From Felis catus (Eukaryota): DNA of 64,000 nucleotides. A program made the position numbers and the translations under genes. Position 1 is the stretch's first letter. Each line of letters opens with the position of its first letter. Positions 52,193 through 64,000 of this stretch are shown here, in pieces. The notes beneath the pieces were generated by a model. That model ran no database searches and was not told where the DNA came from. It was given only the letters and a program-made list of their open reading frames with translations. The stretch spans positions 105,650,001-105,714,000 of the forward strand of contig NC_058368.1 of the NCBI RefSeq assembly GCF_018350175.1, read 5' to 3'.

Positions 52193-53030
52193 TTGCTATT
52201 TCTGGTCATTTGATTAGACTCGAGTGTAGTGAAAAACTGTAATCTGGTTTCCTTTTATAATCTTTGCCCAGCGCTTAGCCTGAGTTACTTTGTTAAGCGT
52301 TTTCTACCAATCGCTGATTTTCCTAAGCCTTCTGATTCACTCATTGTTTTTCATCTTCTTCCTCTCCTCACGTGTATTTTCATGTACTCCAAAAGAACAC
52401 AGTGACAGCCCAAAACTATACATACAGTGAACTAATTTAAGCCTCTAATTTAAGAGAAAATCCAAATTCTTTTTCTTGGAGAGCGATCACACTAGTCCCC
52501 AGTCTCATTTCTAGGAAAGGGGGATGATGTCATCACTGAGGGGAAGGACACGTTGCTCTCAGGCAAAAGGTGCAGGCCTTGAGGCATCCCTGAGGAGACC
52601 TTCCAGTCCCAGACATACAGACAGCAGACCGAAACATGAAGGTAAATGCCCAAAAGGAGCTACTGCGGTTTTGACAAACATTAAATAGCAGTGACTGGGG
52701 TAGATAGATCATATTTTTAAAAAGCTGAATAGTTTTTCCACATGTCATTCATTTAGTAATAAAAAAAAAAGAAATGGTTAAAAAGAAAAAAAAAGGAACT
52801 AGCCAAACTTCCAAGTGTTGGCTCTCGGCCAGGAAAACTTCATAAGAGATGAAAGCCGCCTTCATCATTATTCATTCGGCAAAATAATCCATGCTTAAAC
52901 GAATGACTTTTATATGTGCAGCATGTGCTGTGTATTCTGCTTCCAGGTGGGGCCCGCTCCAGCCCTTTCTGCGGTTTCATGTGCTGTAGTTGATCCAACT
53001 TGGAAATGAGTTGGAATCGCAGTGACCCAC

Positions 53031-53156
53031 CTTGGCAGGACCTGCTGTCGGAGGCTGGAGTGAAGCCCATCTCACACTCGCAGCGATATGCACCCGGGAC
53101 GTTGAGGCACTGTCCGTTTTCACAGAGATTTATGTTTTCTGCGCACTCATCGACAT
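53031..53156 (-). CDS. FBN2: FBN2 exon 34 (cbEGF20)
   Basis: 126 nt, cag|...|gtggg; [42 protein letters not shown]. Confidence 0.95.
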
Positions 53157-54204
53157 CTGTGGGAGAAGCAAATTACATCTCTATTAGGTCCCCGAGGTCT
53201 TGACATGGTTTTTCCCGGCTAAGTCCGTTTTGCTGGCTTCAGCAGGTGCTCGTTAACAGGAGAGGACACTCAATCACATTCACCTAAACAAGGGTAAGAC
53301 TTGGTAACAGAGCTGCTGCACCTACACTCTAACAATCACCCCATCTTTAACAGGAAGGAGGCAGGTGTCGCCCAGATCTGTCTCAGTTCCCTCTAATGCC
53401 AACGTGATGCATCAGTATGACACCGACATCACTGACAGATGACCAAGAACATTGAAATGAACCCTGAAGTGGTATCTATTCTAACATTATGTTTTCAAGT
53501 AAATGAACTTGGTTTTTCCACTAGATCAAGTATGTTTCAAGCACAGAAGGGCTGTTCAAGTAGCACGAGGACAGTGTCTTTCTTGTCACCACGATTATAT
53601 TCAATACTTCTGTCTTAATTATGCAAATGGACATTATTCATAGACCCGAAAGCCAATTTATTTAATTCTATAAAATGGAAAAAGGGGGGCAGGGCAGAAA
53701 GCAATGTTGACCGAGGGCCTCATATCTGGCAGGTAGCTGCTGGCTGCCTGACTCACATGCTTCCCTTCAGTACGCCAATTCTGTGCAGGTCAGAAGAGGA
53801 ATAACCTGAGGCTAGGAGAGGCCAGCCGCAGGGTGGGAGCCCCGGAGAGCCAATCTGTCCCCGACCCCGACACCAAGGCCAGGCCCTTTCCTTCATCCCC
53901 CAGTGCAGAGAAATGTTCAGAAAGATGCAGTAAGCCAAGGTTTAAAGGATTAAAGCCTTAAAGATGACATAAGTGTGTTTTCTTAAAGCAACGGAAAATG
54001 ATAAGTCTGTGTTCTTAATGTCGATAATTAGAAACAAGAAAAAAGCTAGAAGTCTTTTAACGTGGGGATTAAAGCGTGCACTGACATTCAGCTGAGGGAC
54101 ACTGATGTCCGCAAACCTGTCTCCTACTTTATGTCCATCAAGACAAAGCAGTCATTCACAGGAGTTTAAGTGGGTGCTATATTCTCAAGGGATCCATAAT
54201 GAAC

Positions 54205-54590
54205 AGCAGCTAAACAGCAGGTAATGTTTACTGAGCTCTTACGAGGTGTTCTTCTAAATCCTTGACTTGTGTTAACTTCATTTCTTCCTTTCAATACCAT
54301 GTAGCGATCAGAGATTCTGACAAGCACGTGAAATAGCCGTCACTGGCTGGACATAATGCTGTATCTTAAGATGCTGAACATTTTTCCCACATGTCATTCA
54401 TTTAGCGAAAACAAAAAACAAAAAACAATGGTCCTATTATGGTTACTGCGGCTGTTTGAAAATGGGGAAATTAAGGCCACACAGGTTCCATGATTTACTT
54501 ACGGCGACAAAAACAGTAAGCAGCACAGGTGAAATCTGATTCCAAGGGGTCGGATTCAGAGACAGCTTGGATTTCTGACTACTGTGTAAA
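54205..54590. mobile_element. MIR relic interrupted by a ~120-bp non-MIR insert
   Basis: aatgtttactgagctcttac...cctttcaataccatgtag, then the insert, then aaaatggggaaattaaggccac; recognised by eye. Confidence 0.5.
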
Positions 54591-54828
54591 TTGACGACTA
54601 CAATAAATTAATAGTCATTAATAGTATATGATAGTAATAAACAGAATTATCGAAAAACTGTTCTGGCCTTGGTGTGAAGTGTTAAGACAAAAATACACAT
54701 TCACCTGTATGTCAGATGTAAAAACAGGGAATTTCGGCCCCCTTAACTATACTTTCCTTCAAATATGGCAAGCTTATGGAACGTTCCATGAAAATTCTGC
54801 CAGGACCCACCTCAGGATTCTTACCCAC

Positions 54829-54951
54829 CTGAACAGGTAAAGCCGTCTCCAGTGAACCCTTCAGAGCAGGCACATCGGTAGGAGCCTGGGGTGTTAACAC
54901 ACTGCGCATTGATGCTACACTGGTGGGTTCCGTTCGAACATTCGTCCAGAT
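54829..54951 (-). CDS. FBN2: FBN2 exon 33 (cbEGF19)
   Basis: 123 nt, cag|...|gtggg; [41 protein letters not shown]. Confidence 0.95.
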
Positions 54952-55429
54952 CTGCGTGTGCCGAGGGAACAGAGCAACAGAGTTCAGAAATGCAACTGAA
55001 ACGTCTAAACACGTGCAATGATTTTCACTCGTCTTAATTTAAATGTAAAGTGGACACACGTGATTTGTTTTTGCTTACCTGGAAGGTCACAGTTCTAATT
55101 CTCTAAGAGCTCAGACCCACAATCCAAAATGTTTGTTCTACAAACAGAGGCTAAAATGACTAATAAAAGCATTTGTGAGATACCCAATAAGCTAGAATTT
55201 TAATGGCTAAAAGGAAAACCAGTGCTAGATTTCTCTCAGACTCCACTGGGGACAGACGTGATCGCTGGCTTCTTTATCACGAAAAACAGGTCAATTTCTA
55301 AACTCAATTACTGAATTTCGAGCGGGAAAATTAGCATAGAGTTTTCCAGTTCCTTTTACAGATGAGGAAACGAAGGTCAGATTCTTGATCTCACGGAGCC
55401 TAGTCTAGTAGAAATGACAAATGCTACAG

Positions 55430-55625
55430 TTAATCGTCCGACTCTCCATTTCGGCTAGGTCACCATCTCACAGTTTGTGAGACTGAACCCTGCACTGAGC
55501 TCTGTGCTGACAGTGCAGAGCCTACTTACTTGGGATTCTCTCTCTCTCCCTCTCTCTCCGCCCCTCCCGCACTCACGTGTGCGCACATTCTCTCCTTCTC
55601 TCTCAAAATACATAAACATTAAGAA
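55430..55625 (+). mobile_element. CAN-SINE, 5'-truncated
   Basis: SINE body ctctgtgctgacagtgcagagcc, (CT)n and tail; the start of the head is missing. Confidence 0.75.
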
Positions 55626-56046
55626 ACAATAGACACAGGAAATTAAATTACATTAAATATGTTCTAGGTGACACGAAGAAATGTTACAAAGTGCAAGGAG
55701 AAAATAAAAGGGGCATCTAATTTGGACTGTAGGAAAAAGGAGGTCCCATTGAAGAGTTTTTGGTTAACTTCAGGCCTGAATGATGAGTCAGAGTCAGCCT
55801 GCTGCACAGAAGTAGGGAAAAGTATTCCTTACAAAGGGAACAGCACTTATAAAGATGCTGAGGAGGAAAGAACTTAATGTGATTAAAAAAAAATTAGAGA
55901 AAGGAAGCCAGAGTGACAAAGCACAAGGCAGGAGCTAGGCTGATGGAAGATGAAGCTTGAGAGGTACGGGGAAGATGCTGTAGGGTCCTGTAAACCACGG
56001 GAAGGAAGCCAGAGTTTGTCCTAAATTCAATGATTAAAATGACAGT

Positions 56047-56265
56047 TGGAGAGGCGGGTGGCTCAGTCAATTGAGTGTCTGACTCTTGGTTTGGGCTCAG
56101 GTCATGATCTCCCAGTTCGTGAGTTTAAGCCCTGTGTCAGGTTCTGTGCTGACAGCGTTGAGCCTGCCTGGGATTCTCTACCTCCCTCTTTCTCTCTGCC
56201 CCTCCCCTGCTTTCTCTCTCTCTCTCTTTCTCTTTCTCTCAAAATAAATAAAAACTTTAAAAAAA
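56047..56265 (+). mobile_element. CAN-SINE
   Basis: SINE body; TSD aaaatgaca(g/a)tt. Confidence 0.85.
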
Positions 56266-56392
56266 ATGACAATTTTAAAGAGATCATATCCATGGTTTAT
56301 AAGGTCTTTCTGGCTACTATGTGGAGAATGGATTACGGGCCCAGCAAGTGAATGAATGAGCAGACACAAGAACAGGTTCTTTTGGGATCCAG

Positions 56393-56424
<32 letters not shown>

Positions 56425-57627
56425 GACAGAGGAAGGGAGGGTAGGGGGATGACTGAGATGGAGATGGAAAGAAGATAATGAATTTGGATGATATTCTGGA
56501 GTAGAAGTAGCAGTTAAATCTTCTGTATTTTGCAATAGTTGGCCAGAGTGATGGACGGACAAGCACAAAATATGGAGGCTACAAGAGAGAGAGCCAGTAG
56601 CCAACGGGGCTAGAAAACAGGCATGGGGATATGGCTGAAAGACTGTCCAAATAATGACAGAGTGATGGCTGGACTAGGAGTGGGTAGCAAGTGAAGTGAA
56701 TGATGCCATCACAGAATGTTACTTACCACAGTTATTTGGAAGGTGTGATCATTTACCTCCATAGTCAGTTCATAAACATTTGGCAAGTATAAAACAACTG
56801 AATGGCTAAGACAGTATATTCAAATTAGTGGATGTTACTGTTAACACATCTAAGGCTTACTGTGGAATTCTAAGGTTTTAAGGAGTAATCCTGGGGAGGT
56901 CAGTTCAGCTTGTTTTATTTTCTATCTTAAGTCGACCTGGGTAATTCTAACCGGTTGGAAAAATGCCTTGTTCTGAAGGCATGTCAAACTCCGGGCATGT
57001 GAAGCTGTCCTTTGTGCGACACCAAGGGTGACATCCAGCCCCCTGCCTCACAGCTACAAAAGGCTTATCAGACTCCAGTTCAGCCCTGATAAAACCTAGA
57101 GAACAGCAAATGCTTCTCCAATCTCCTCTGATTCTTTGAATCAGATCTCCGAGAATCCAGCAAACCTTTTTGCTTTCTCTGGAAGAATTCTCTTTTCTGT
57201 TAAGAAGGAGGTATTCAGCAGAGAGAGACTTAGGTTATCTGATAAAACTTCTTCCTTTCCTTCATGTATTTCCCTGGGTTCTAAGTCTCACTGATTGCTC
57301 TCTGAGACTGGAAACACGTTATTAGTCGTTTTTCATCATCCATCTGTTTGGATTTCTGGCTACATGTCACAGAATTTTTACCTAACAACAACACATTAAA
57401 AAGCAGAGTGCCAAGGCAGACTGCTGTGGCTTGATAATTTATTCCAAGGATAAAAGAAACTCTTAGGCAGGAATTACCTAACAACTGAAGATAGTCTTTG
57501 AATTTTCAAAAGAACACAGGAAAGGAAGAGTATGCCCCTATACCAGTAGGTGGGCTAACAACCATGCAAAGAAGAGCCTCTAAGAATTGCGTGCCTTAGC
57601 AAAGCATGTTCAGGTTTGCAAACTCAC

Positions 57628-57750
57628 CAATACATTTGATGCCATTTCCAACCCAGCCTTCTCTGCAGCTACACCTGAAGCTTCCCGGGACGTTGAGACA
57701 GGAGGCATGCATGTCACAGTTGTGGGCACCAATTTCACACTCGTCCACAT
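57628..57750 (-). CDS. FBN2: FBN2 exon 32 (cbEGF18)
   Basis: 123 nt, cag|...|gtgag; [41 protein letters not shown]. Confidence 0.95.
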
Positions 57751-58516
57751 CTGAGAAGCGACAGTTAATATGATGAAGATTAAACACAAGGCTAATTAAT
57801 TCTACTTCCAAGTATAATTCTGCACAGGTAACATTTTAAAGTCAATATGGAAATAGCTAAAACGATACAGAAAAAAAATAAACATTAACATCATTTTTAC
57901 TTTTAATTTTTGTAGCCTCCAACAAGATTCGGAAGTTCATGGTCCAAGTCAAAGAGGTCTTTTCCTAGAGCCATTTTCTGGTAAGACAGGGATACTGCCC
58001 CCAGGCAGATATGTGTGTCAGGCCCTCCCCACGTCGCTGCCTGGGCCCAGACAAAAGTCCATGCAGAAGGCATGGTTACAGATGTCAGGAGAAATCGTAT
58101 TTCCAAAGTGAGACTCTCCTACTGTTTCCTATTCATATTTGTTACATGTGTTTCATAAAGATTAAAAGAAGCCTGACTTTTAAAATAATAGTGCATTCCT
58201 GTCATTTTTAGAATCAATACAGTATAGTATAGAGTTTTTGAAAATTATCATTTTAGTGTGTATTCATCTATTTATTTGCAAATATGTGAAAATATTCACT
58301 GGAGATTCCATCTGGAAAATAAACAGTATGTATATACACACGCATACACATGTATACATACAAATAAATGTATACATATTATGCATGTGTACACACACAT
58401 TTGTGTGTATAAACTCTGTAGCTTTGGTTCTTCAGAGCTTTCTAGAATAGAAAGAATAATCTTTTCTATCCAGCTCAATGATTACATGTTGTAGATGCTG
58501 AAATCACACATGTAAA

Positions 58517-58522
58517 TACACA

Positions 58523-58558
<36 letters not shown>
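58517..58558. repeat. (CA)n microsatellite with one interruption
   Basis: Direct reading. Confidence 0.9.
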
Positions 58559-58561
<3 letters not shown>

Positions 58562-59334
58562 CTATTGGCTTTGCATTGACCGTCATAGCACTGAACACCC
58601 AGAGCACCCCGTCTTCCTCGCTCACCTGTTCCTGGAGGTGTCAGCTTAAGAGCCAGGCTGCAGTCCAAGCCACCCACCACCTGCCTTGAGCAAAATGCCT
58701 GACGAGGGTCTTAAACTGAACAATGAGGAAGGCCTAGTCCAAAAGCACTGACTTGGGACTTCCTCGCCCATTTTATGCAGAAGGCCAAAATATATTTCAC
58801 AGAGAAAGGAAGCAAGAGATAAAGTGCATGAAGTGAGCAAAGACAGAAAATGAAAAGAGAAGAGGGAAAGTCAACTGGGGCTAAGGGAAGAGAGGGCAAA
58901 AGCAAACAGAAAGAGGAAGAGGTAAAAAGAGAGCAAAGGATGGTGCAGAAGGAAGGAAAAGGGTGTAACCAGAAATCCACATGAATTTTTGTCCAGTTAA
59001 AAGAATTGCAAAAACAAGCGACTGGGATGGTCCGTGGTGCTATGTCCTGACAAGTGTCTGGGCCAAACTCCTCCTATGAAACTGAATGATGCTGCAAGAG
59101 CAAACAGCCATGTGGGCGACACTCGGGACTAGAATGCAGGCCCACACCCCCACTTCGTGTGTGACCAGAGAGGACACAAACCCATCATCACACATGCCCT
59201 GGGGCAGGTGCTCATGACCCAGTCATGACCTGGTGCCGTCATGGTCCAACAGAGGCAAAGGGACAAATGATGGTCAAGTTGGCCTCTGAAACAGGAGGAG
59301 CCAGGGCACAAGAGGGTATAAGTTTGAGACCTAC

Positions 59335-59460
59335 CTGTGCATCCTGTGGTCCCCTTCTTCACGGAATAACCCAGCTGACAGTGGCAAATGAAGGATCCCT
59401 TGGTATTCTCACACTCCCCAAACATGCAGATGTTTGAGTTCAACTCACACTCATTCACAT
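59335..59460 (-). CDS. FBN2: FBN2 exon 31 (cbEGF17)
   Basis: 126 nt, tag|...|gtagg; [42 protein letters not shown]. Confidence 0.95.
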
Positions 59461-59779
59461 CTAGAAAACGTATTTTCAGTACTTCGGTTAGTATTTGTTC
59501 ATCCGAGGAATTCAAAAGCTCTCTTTTATACTGAAGAGCGTAATATTGAAATAAAGAGATAAAAGCTAAAATGTAATCTATGTGCAAGACACAGTATTAT
59601 TTTCTAAAATTATTTCCAAATAATTCTTCCATTTCAGCTTTCGCATCTTGTAAATATGGTGGCTTGAATTTTAAAATAACTGAAAAAACTGTTCCCTCAC
59701 ATGTTTGTGTGTGCACAAATGTGCACGTGTGTGTGTGCAAATGTGTGCATGGGATTTATCCCATTTTTATGGTACCCAC

Positions 59780-59905
59780 CAATGCATGTTTTCATGTCCA
59801 TTGAAGCCATGAAGCCATCATAGCAGAGACAGCGATACTCTCCAGGAATGTTGGTACACTGCCCCCCATCACAGATATCAGGATTATTTTCACATTCATC
59901 AATAT
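59780..59905 (-). CDS. FBN2: FBN2 exon 30 (cbEGF16)
   Basis: 126 nt, cag|...|gtggg; [42 protein letters not shown]. Confidence 0.95.
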
Positions 59906-60067
59906 CTGATGACAGAAAATTAGCATTAAATAAAAACAAGAAAGACTTTTATTAAGCTCGCGTATATATATTTTTTCCCCATCCAGATCCAGTCAAAGTG
60001 CCTGGAGTGAGATTTGTAAGATAAAATCAATGAGATGTACAAAGCCTCCATATTTTCCTTTCTGTAC

Positions 60068-60190
60068 CTGCGCAGGACCTCCCATCTGGCATCAGGGCAT
60101 ACCCCTCGCTGCAGCTGCACTCATAGCTGCCTTCTGAATTAGTGCACCGGGTGTCACAGCCTCCATTCATGATCATACATTCGTCAATAT
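60068..60190 (-). CDS. FBN2: FBN2 exon 29 (cbEGF15)
   Basis: 123 nt, cag|...|gtaca; [41 protein letters not shown]. Confidence 0.95.
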
Positions 60191-60663
60191 CTGTGAAAAC
60201 AACATTGCAACCACATTACTCTGTCAAGTCTACTTCCTTAAACAAAAAAAAAGAAAGAAAAAAAAGGGAATTTTTCTTCTTTTCTTTAAACAGATAATGC
60301 TTAAATGGCTTTGGAGTTTTCTCCCCATTACTGTGTTGGGTTTATTGTTTTACCATTGGTCTTTCTTAGCTCTTTCTACTTCCTTTCGGACATCATTCCA
60401 TTTGGCCTTTAGCCCCAGTAGCCTAAGATTAAAGAACTCAGAAGTATTGTAGCTATGGAATTTACGGTGTTTTCTGTGATAAAACCAGGGATTCCTCTGC
60501 AAAGCCATAAAGACAATGGCATCTTACAGACCAGTCCCCAAGCTTAGATTCACGTTTAGGACATAGAACTTCCACTGGCTTCATTACAATATATTCAGTG
60601 CCAGAAGGTGTCCTAGGCTGATTTGGAAAATACAAGTTCCAGACCCACTTGGCTGACCCGCAC

Positions 60664-60789
60664 CTGTACAGCCCTGTCGGTCTGGTGTGGCCTGGTATCC
60701 GGGGTTACAGGAACACTGATAGGTTCCAATCATGTTCACACACTTTCCATTTCTACAGAGATTGTCACTCAGGGAGCATTCATTTATAT
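60664..60789 (-). CDS. FBN2: FBN2 exon 28 (cbEGF14)
   Basis: 126 nt, cag|...|gtgcg; [42 protein letters not shown]. Confidence 0.95.
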
Positions 60790-60941
60790 CTGTAAAAAGA
60801 TACACAGAATTAATGTTTTTGCAATAACCACATCACTTAAAAGTATCAAGAAATGTTGCATGGAAGCATCGGTCTCCAAAGGGGTGTGTGTTCTTTTTTT
60901 GTTGTTGTAATTTTTATTTAAAAATTTTTTAATGTTTATTT

Positions 60942-60965
60942 TTTTAATTTTTCTTAATGTTTATT

Positions 60966-61002
<37 letters not shown>

Positions 61003-61174
61003 GTCTGTGTGAGCGGGGGAGGGGCAGAGCAAGAGAAGGACACAGAATCTGAAGCAGGCTCCAGGCTCTGAGCTGTCAGCCCAGAGCCCGAGGCTGGGCT
61101 CGAACCCATCAGCTGTGAAATTGTGATCTGTGCCAAAGTCAGATGCTCAACCGGGTGAGGCACCCAGGTGCTCC
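60942..61174 (-). mobile_element. CAN-SINE nested in the tail of the neighbouring SINE
   Basis: TSD aatgtttattt at 60931-60941 and 61175-61185. Confidence 0.8.
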
Positions 61175-61434
61175 AATGTTTATTTATTTTTGAGAGAGGG
61201 AGAGAAAAAGAGAGAGAGAGGGAGAGAGAGAGAGAGAGGTAGAGAGAGAGACAGAGAGAGAGAGAGGGAGAATGAGTGGGGGAAGGGCAGAGAGAGGAGG
61301 CAGAGGATCTGAAGCAGGCTCCAGGCTCTGAGCTGTCAGCACAGAGCCTGATTCAGGGTTCGAACTCATGAACTGTGAGATCATGACCTGAGCCGAAGTC
61401 AAACGCCCAACCGAATGAACCACCCAGGCACCCC
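61175..61434 (-). mobile_element. CAN-SINE (host of the nested copy)
   Basis: Reverse-complement SINE; outer TSD ggggt(g/t)tgtgttctt at about 60881 and 61437. Confidence 0.85.
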
Positions 61435-61619
61435 ATGGGGTTTGTGTTCTTCAGGGGGAAGTAAGATGATTTCCTGGGGTGTTCAAAGAAGATGCTGGAA
61501 TCTACATTTCTATTATTTCTATCTAAAACTGCACTGTAAGTAAAACTCTGTATCTCTGCTATCCCAATATGTATCTGCTATAGAGCATTTCAAACACGAA
61601 CAGAATGAATGAAATTCGT

Positions 61620-61730
61620 TTTTTCAATTTAATTTTAATTTAATTTTTTAAAAGTAAGCTCTTCGCCCCCTGTGGGGCTTGAACTCACGACCCCAAGATC
61701 AAAACTGATTGAGCCAGCCGGGTGCACCAG
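61620..61730 (-). mobile_element. Short tRNA-derived carnivore SINE
   Basis: gtggggcttgaactcacgaccccaagatc...gagccagccgggtgcacc with T-rich tail. Confidence 0.65.
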
Positions 61731-62532
61731 GAATTGAATTTTTCATGTTACCAAATTTTAATTAAATTTAAGTGGCCACATGTGGATAGTGAATGTTGGA
61801 CCATGTACATTTAGCACATGCCAGACATAAAAGTTACTAATATTTAATATACGAATTTATACTGGCATGCTCACCTGCATTTTATTAGATGGCCAAGAGG
61901 AGCCTCAATGACGTCAAGCATCCCAAGGGAAGATGGCTGATCCCACAAGTCACAGAGGCTGATACCAGGGCCCTCACTAGTTTGTGTGTTTAGTGTGCCT
62001 TCATAGGTGGATCTGTATCACCTACTTTAAAATAAACTAACCCTTATAGGAAACACAGGCACCTAATAAAAACTTCTGCAAACGTCTGTGGAATAAAGTA
62101 TTACTATTAATGCAGTTGTAAGAGAACAGCAAGAAAAATGATAGAATGGAAGATTTCCTCATACAAACTGCTTGTGACACAAAATATAAGGTAAAAATAA
62201 TGACAATACAATGAGGTAAAACAAGACCTTCGTTCCAAATCCTCAAAATTACCAAGAAGACTATGTGACATATGGATTTAAATCTATGATCATTAAATGC
62301 ATGTTTTATTAAGTGTGCAAAAATATGCATCTTATATTATACAATATTCCCTTGAGGGGTACTTTTTCCAGCTATAGGATCCACAAAAACTAACAAAATA
62401 AACTGAACACAGAAACAGATCTCTGATTCACTGCATCACACTGATGAACAAATATTCCCGTAATCATGTTTTAAAAAATTTTAGTACCGCCATTAAAATG
62501 AAATAAAAATATTTAAAACTTTTTAAATTCTT

Positions 62533-62740
62533 GGGGCTCCTGGGTGGCTTAGTCGGTTAAGTGTCCGACTTCAGCTCGGGTCATGATCTCACACTGTGAG
62601 TTCCAGCCCCGCATCGGGCTCTGTGCCGACAGCTAAGGGCCTGGAACTCGCTTCGGATTCTGTGTCTCCCTCCCTCTCTGCACCTAACCCACTCACATTC
62701 TATGTCTCTCTCAAAAATAAATAAACATTAAAAAAATTTT
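62533..62740 (+). mobile_element. CAN-SINE
   Basis: SINE head and tail; TSD aaacttttta(a/c)attc. Confidence 0.87.
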
Positions 62741-63548
62741 TTAAACTTTTTACATTCATCTATAAAAATGTCTGTTTAGTGTATGATTTAAGATTCACCT
62801 AATATATTAGCAAAGTGATACATATATGATTTATGAATAAATAAGTGTGTAGAGGAAAGATGTGCTCAAATTACGTTTTGAAATGGGGCTGTGCAGTCTG
62901 GTCTGTTTTAAACCATTTTATTTGCTTATACTTGCAAGAAAGATTTTTGGTGAAGAAAATGCTTCCTGGCTACATGAAGGTTTTAAAGCCAGAGTCTATA
63001 GCCCGATAAGCCCAGAGGCCTCTGTATACTCAAAAAAAGCAGTAGGCTGCAAAGCTTCAAGACCAGCCACTGGCATTCTCACATCACTCCTGCCCCTCAG
63101 CTTTCTGTGAGAAGACGGGGAGGAGAGAGCTCTTGTGTTCACACACACCCAGGAGCAGACGCCATGACGACAGACATGGGGGGCGGACTCTGCTGACTGG
63201 ACGACAGGTGGATGCACAGGTGAACAACCAGGGAGAGGCCCTTCCGACAACCGCTTTGCTATTTTGTCCTCCCTGGAGGAGGCAATCACGTGGCCTTCCA
63301 CGGGGTCCCTCGCGCAAGATACTTTCAAGTGCACTTACAATGAAAACGGGGGTAACCAGGACAACGCTGGCCTCTTTGTGTCACTGAGGCGCTCTCTAAA
63401 GATACAATGGAGGGGCTCTGAAGTTGCAACTTTTAACCAGCTAAGATTTCACATGCCGCAGACAACGTGTTAGACTTGACCCCTGATCTTTACTATCTTA
63501 GTACCAAATGAGCTGGGTTGGCTTATGTGCTTATGGAGACAGACTCAC

Positions 63549-63674
63549 CCACACAATCCTCACGTGACGGTGACAGCTCGTGTCCCAGTGGGCAGTCACA
63601 CTGAAAGCTGCCCTCCGTGTTCACACAGGTGCCACCCCTACAAAGGAGAGGGTTACGTTCACATTCGTCAATGT
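63549..63674 (-). CDS. FBN2: FBN2 exon 27 (cbEGF13)
   Basis: 126 nt, cag|...|gtgag; [42 protein letters not shown]. Confidence 0.95.
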
Positions 63675-64000
63675 CTGAAAGGTAAAAACGTGAGATCCAT
63701 TAAAGAACTCTGAGGGAAAAACAGTCGCGCACACAGCATGGGAGAAAAAGAATTATTATTCGAGTTAAGTGTGACTCAAATGTAATAAGACACGGCTTTA
63801 AGAGGAGATGCGGTAATGCTCCCCTCACTTTTTCTACTACCAGTGAGTAAATGGTTAAGTTTTATTCTTAAAGAGCGAGTTATCAACGAACTTACTTGTA
63901 TGAAGCAAGCATGCTCATAAAAGATAAACAATTTGTTTCCTATCACCCTAAACTCCAGATACCGTACGTCGCCATCCATTATCAGTAATAAAACTAAAAG

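Noticed and set aside
62996..63473. GC-richer patch with several overlapping ORFs in intron 27
   Set aside because: No recognisable homology, splice signals or CpG-island character; ORF overlap is expected at higher GC.

Overview
Mammalian genomic DNA, most likely a felid: the window is full of carnivore CAN-SINEs, several of the feline SINEC_Fc type. The whole window lies inside one minus-strand gene, fibrillin-2 (FBN2). I can read 36 consecutive coding exons, inferred to be exons 27-62 of the 65-exon fibrillin layout. They run from 63674 down to 1367 and total 4488 nt (1496 codons), encoding cbEGF13-41 and TB4-TB7, including the TB4 RGD. Every exon is a multiple of 3 with phase 1-1 junctions, and I found no stops, frameshifts or lost cysteines. 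Both gene ends lie outside the window. The introns hold about 20 CAN-SINEs, L1/L2/MIR relics, microsatellites and an antisense LSM3 processed copy whose reading frame is still open. The most notable details are the LSM3 retrocopy, a GC donor after exon 53, a near-perfect 121-bp tandem duplication next to the exon 59 acceptor, a tail-less inverted SINE chimera, a ~110-bp diverged duplicated segment sitting inside a MIR, and a perfect T-MARE/AP-1 palindrome. I did not find a convincing new biological system. Exon and domain numbers, repeat family names and comparisons to human proteins come from recalled knowledge, not from searches.
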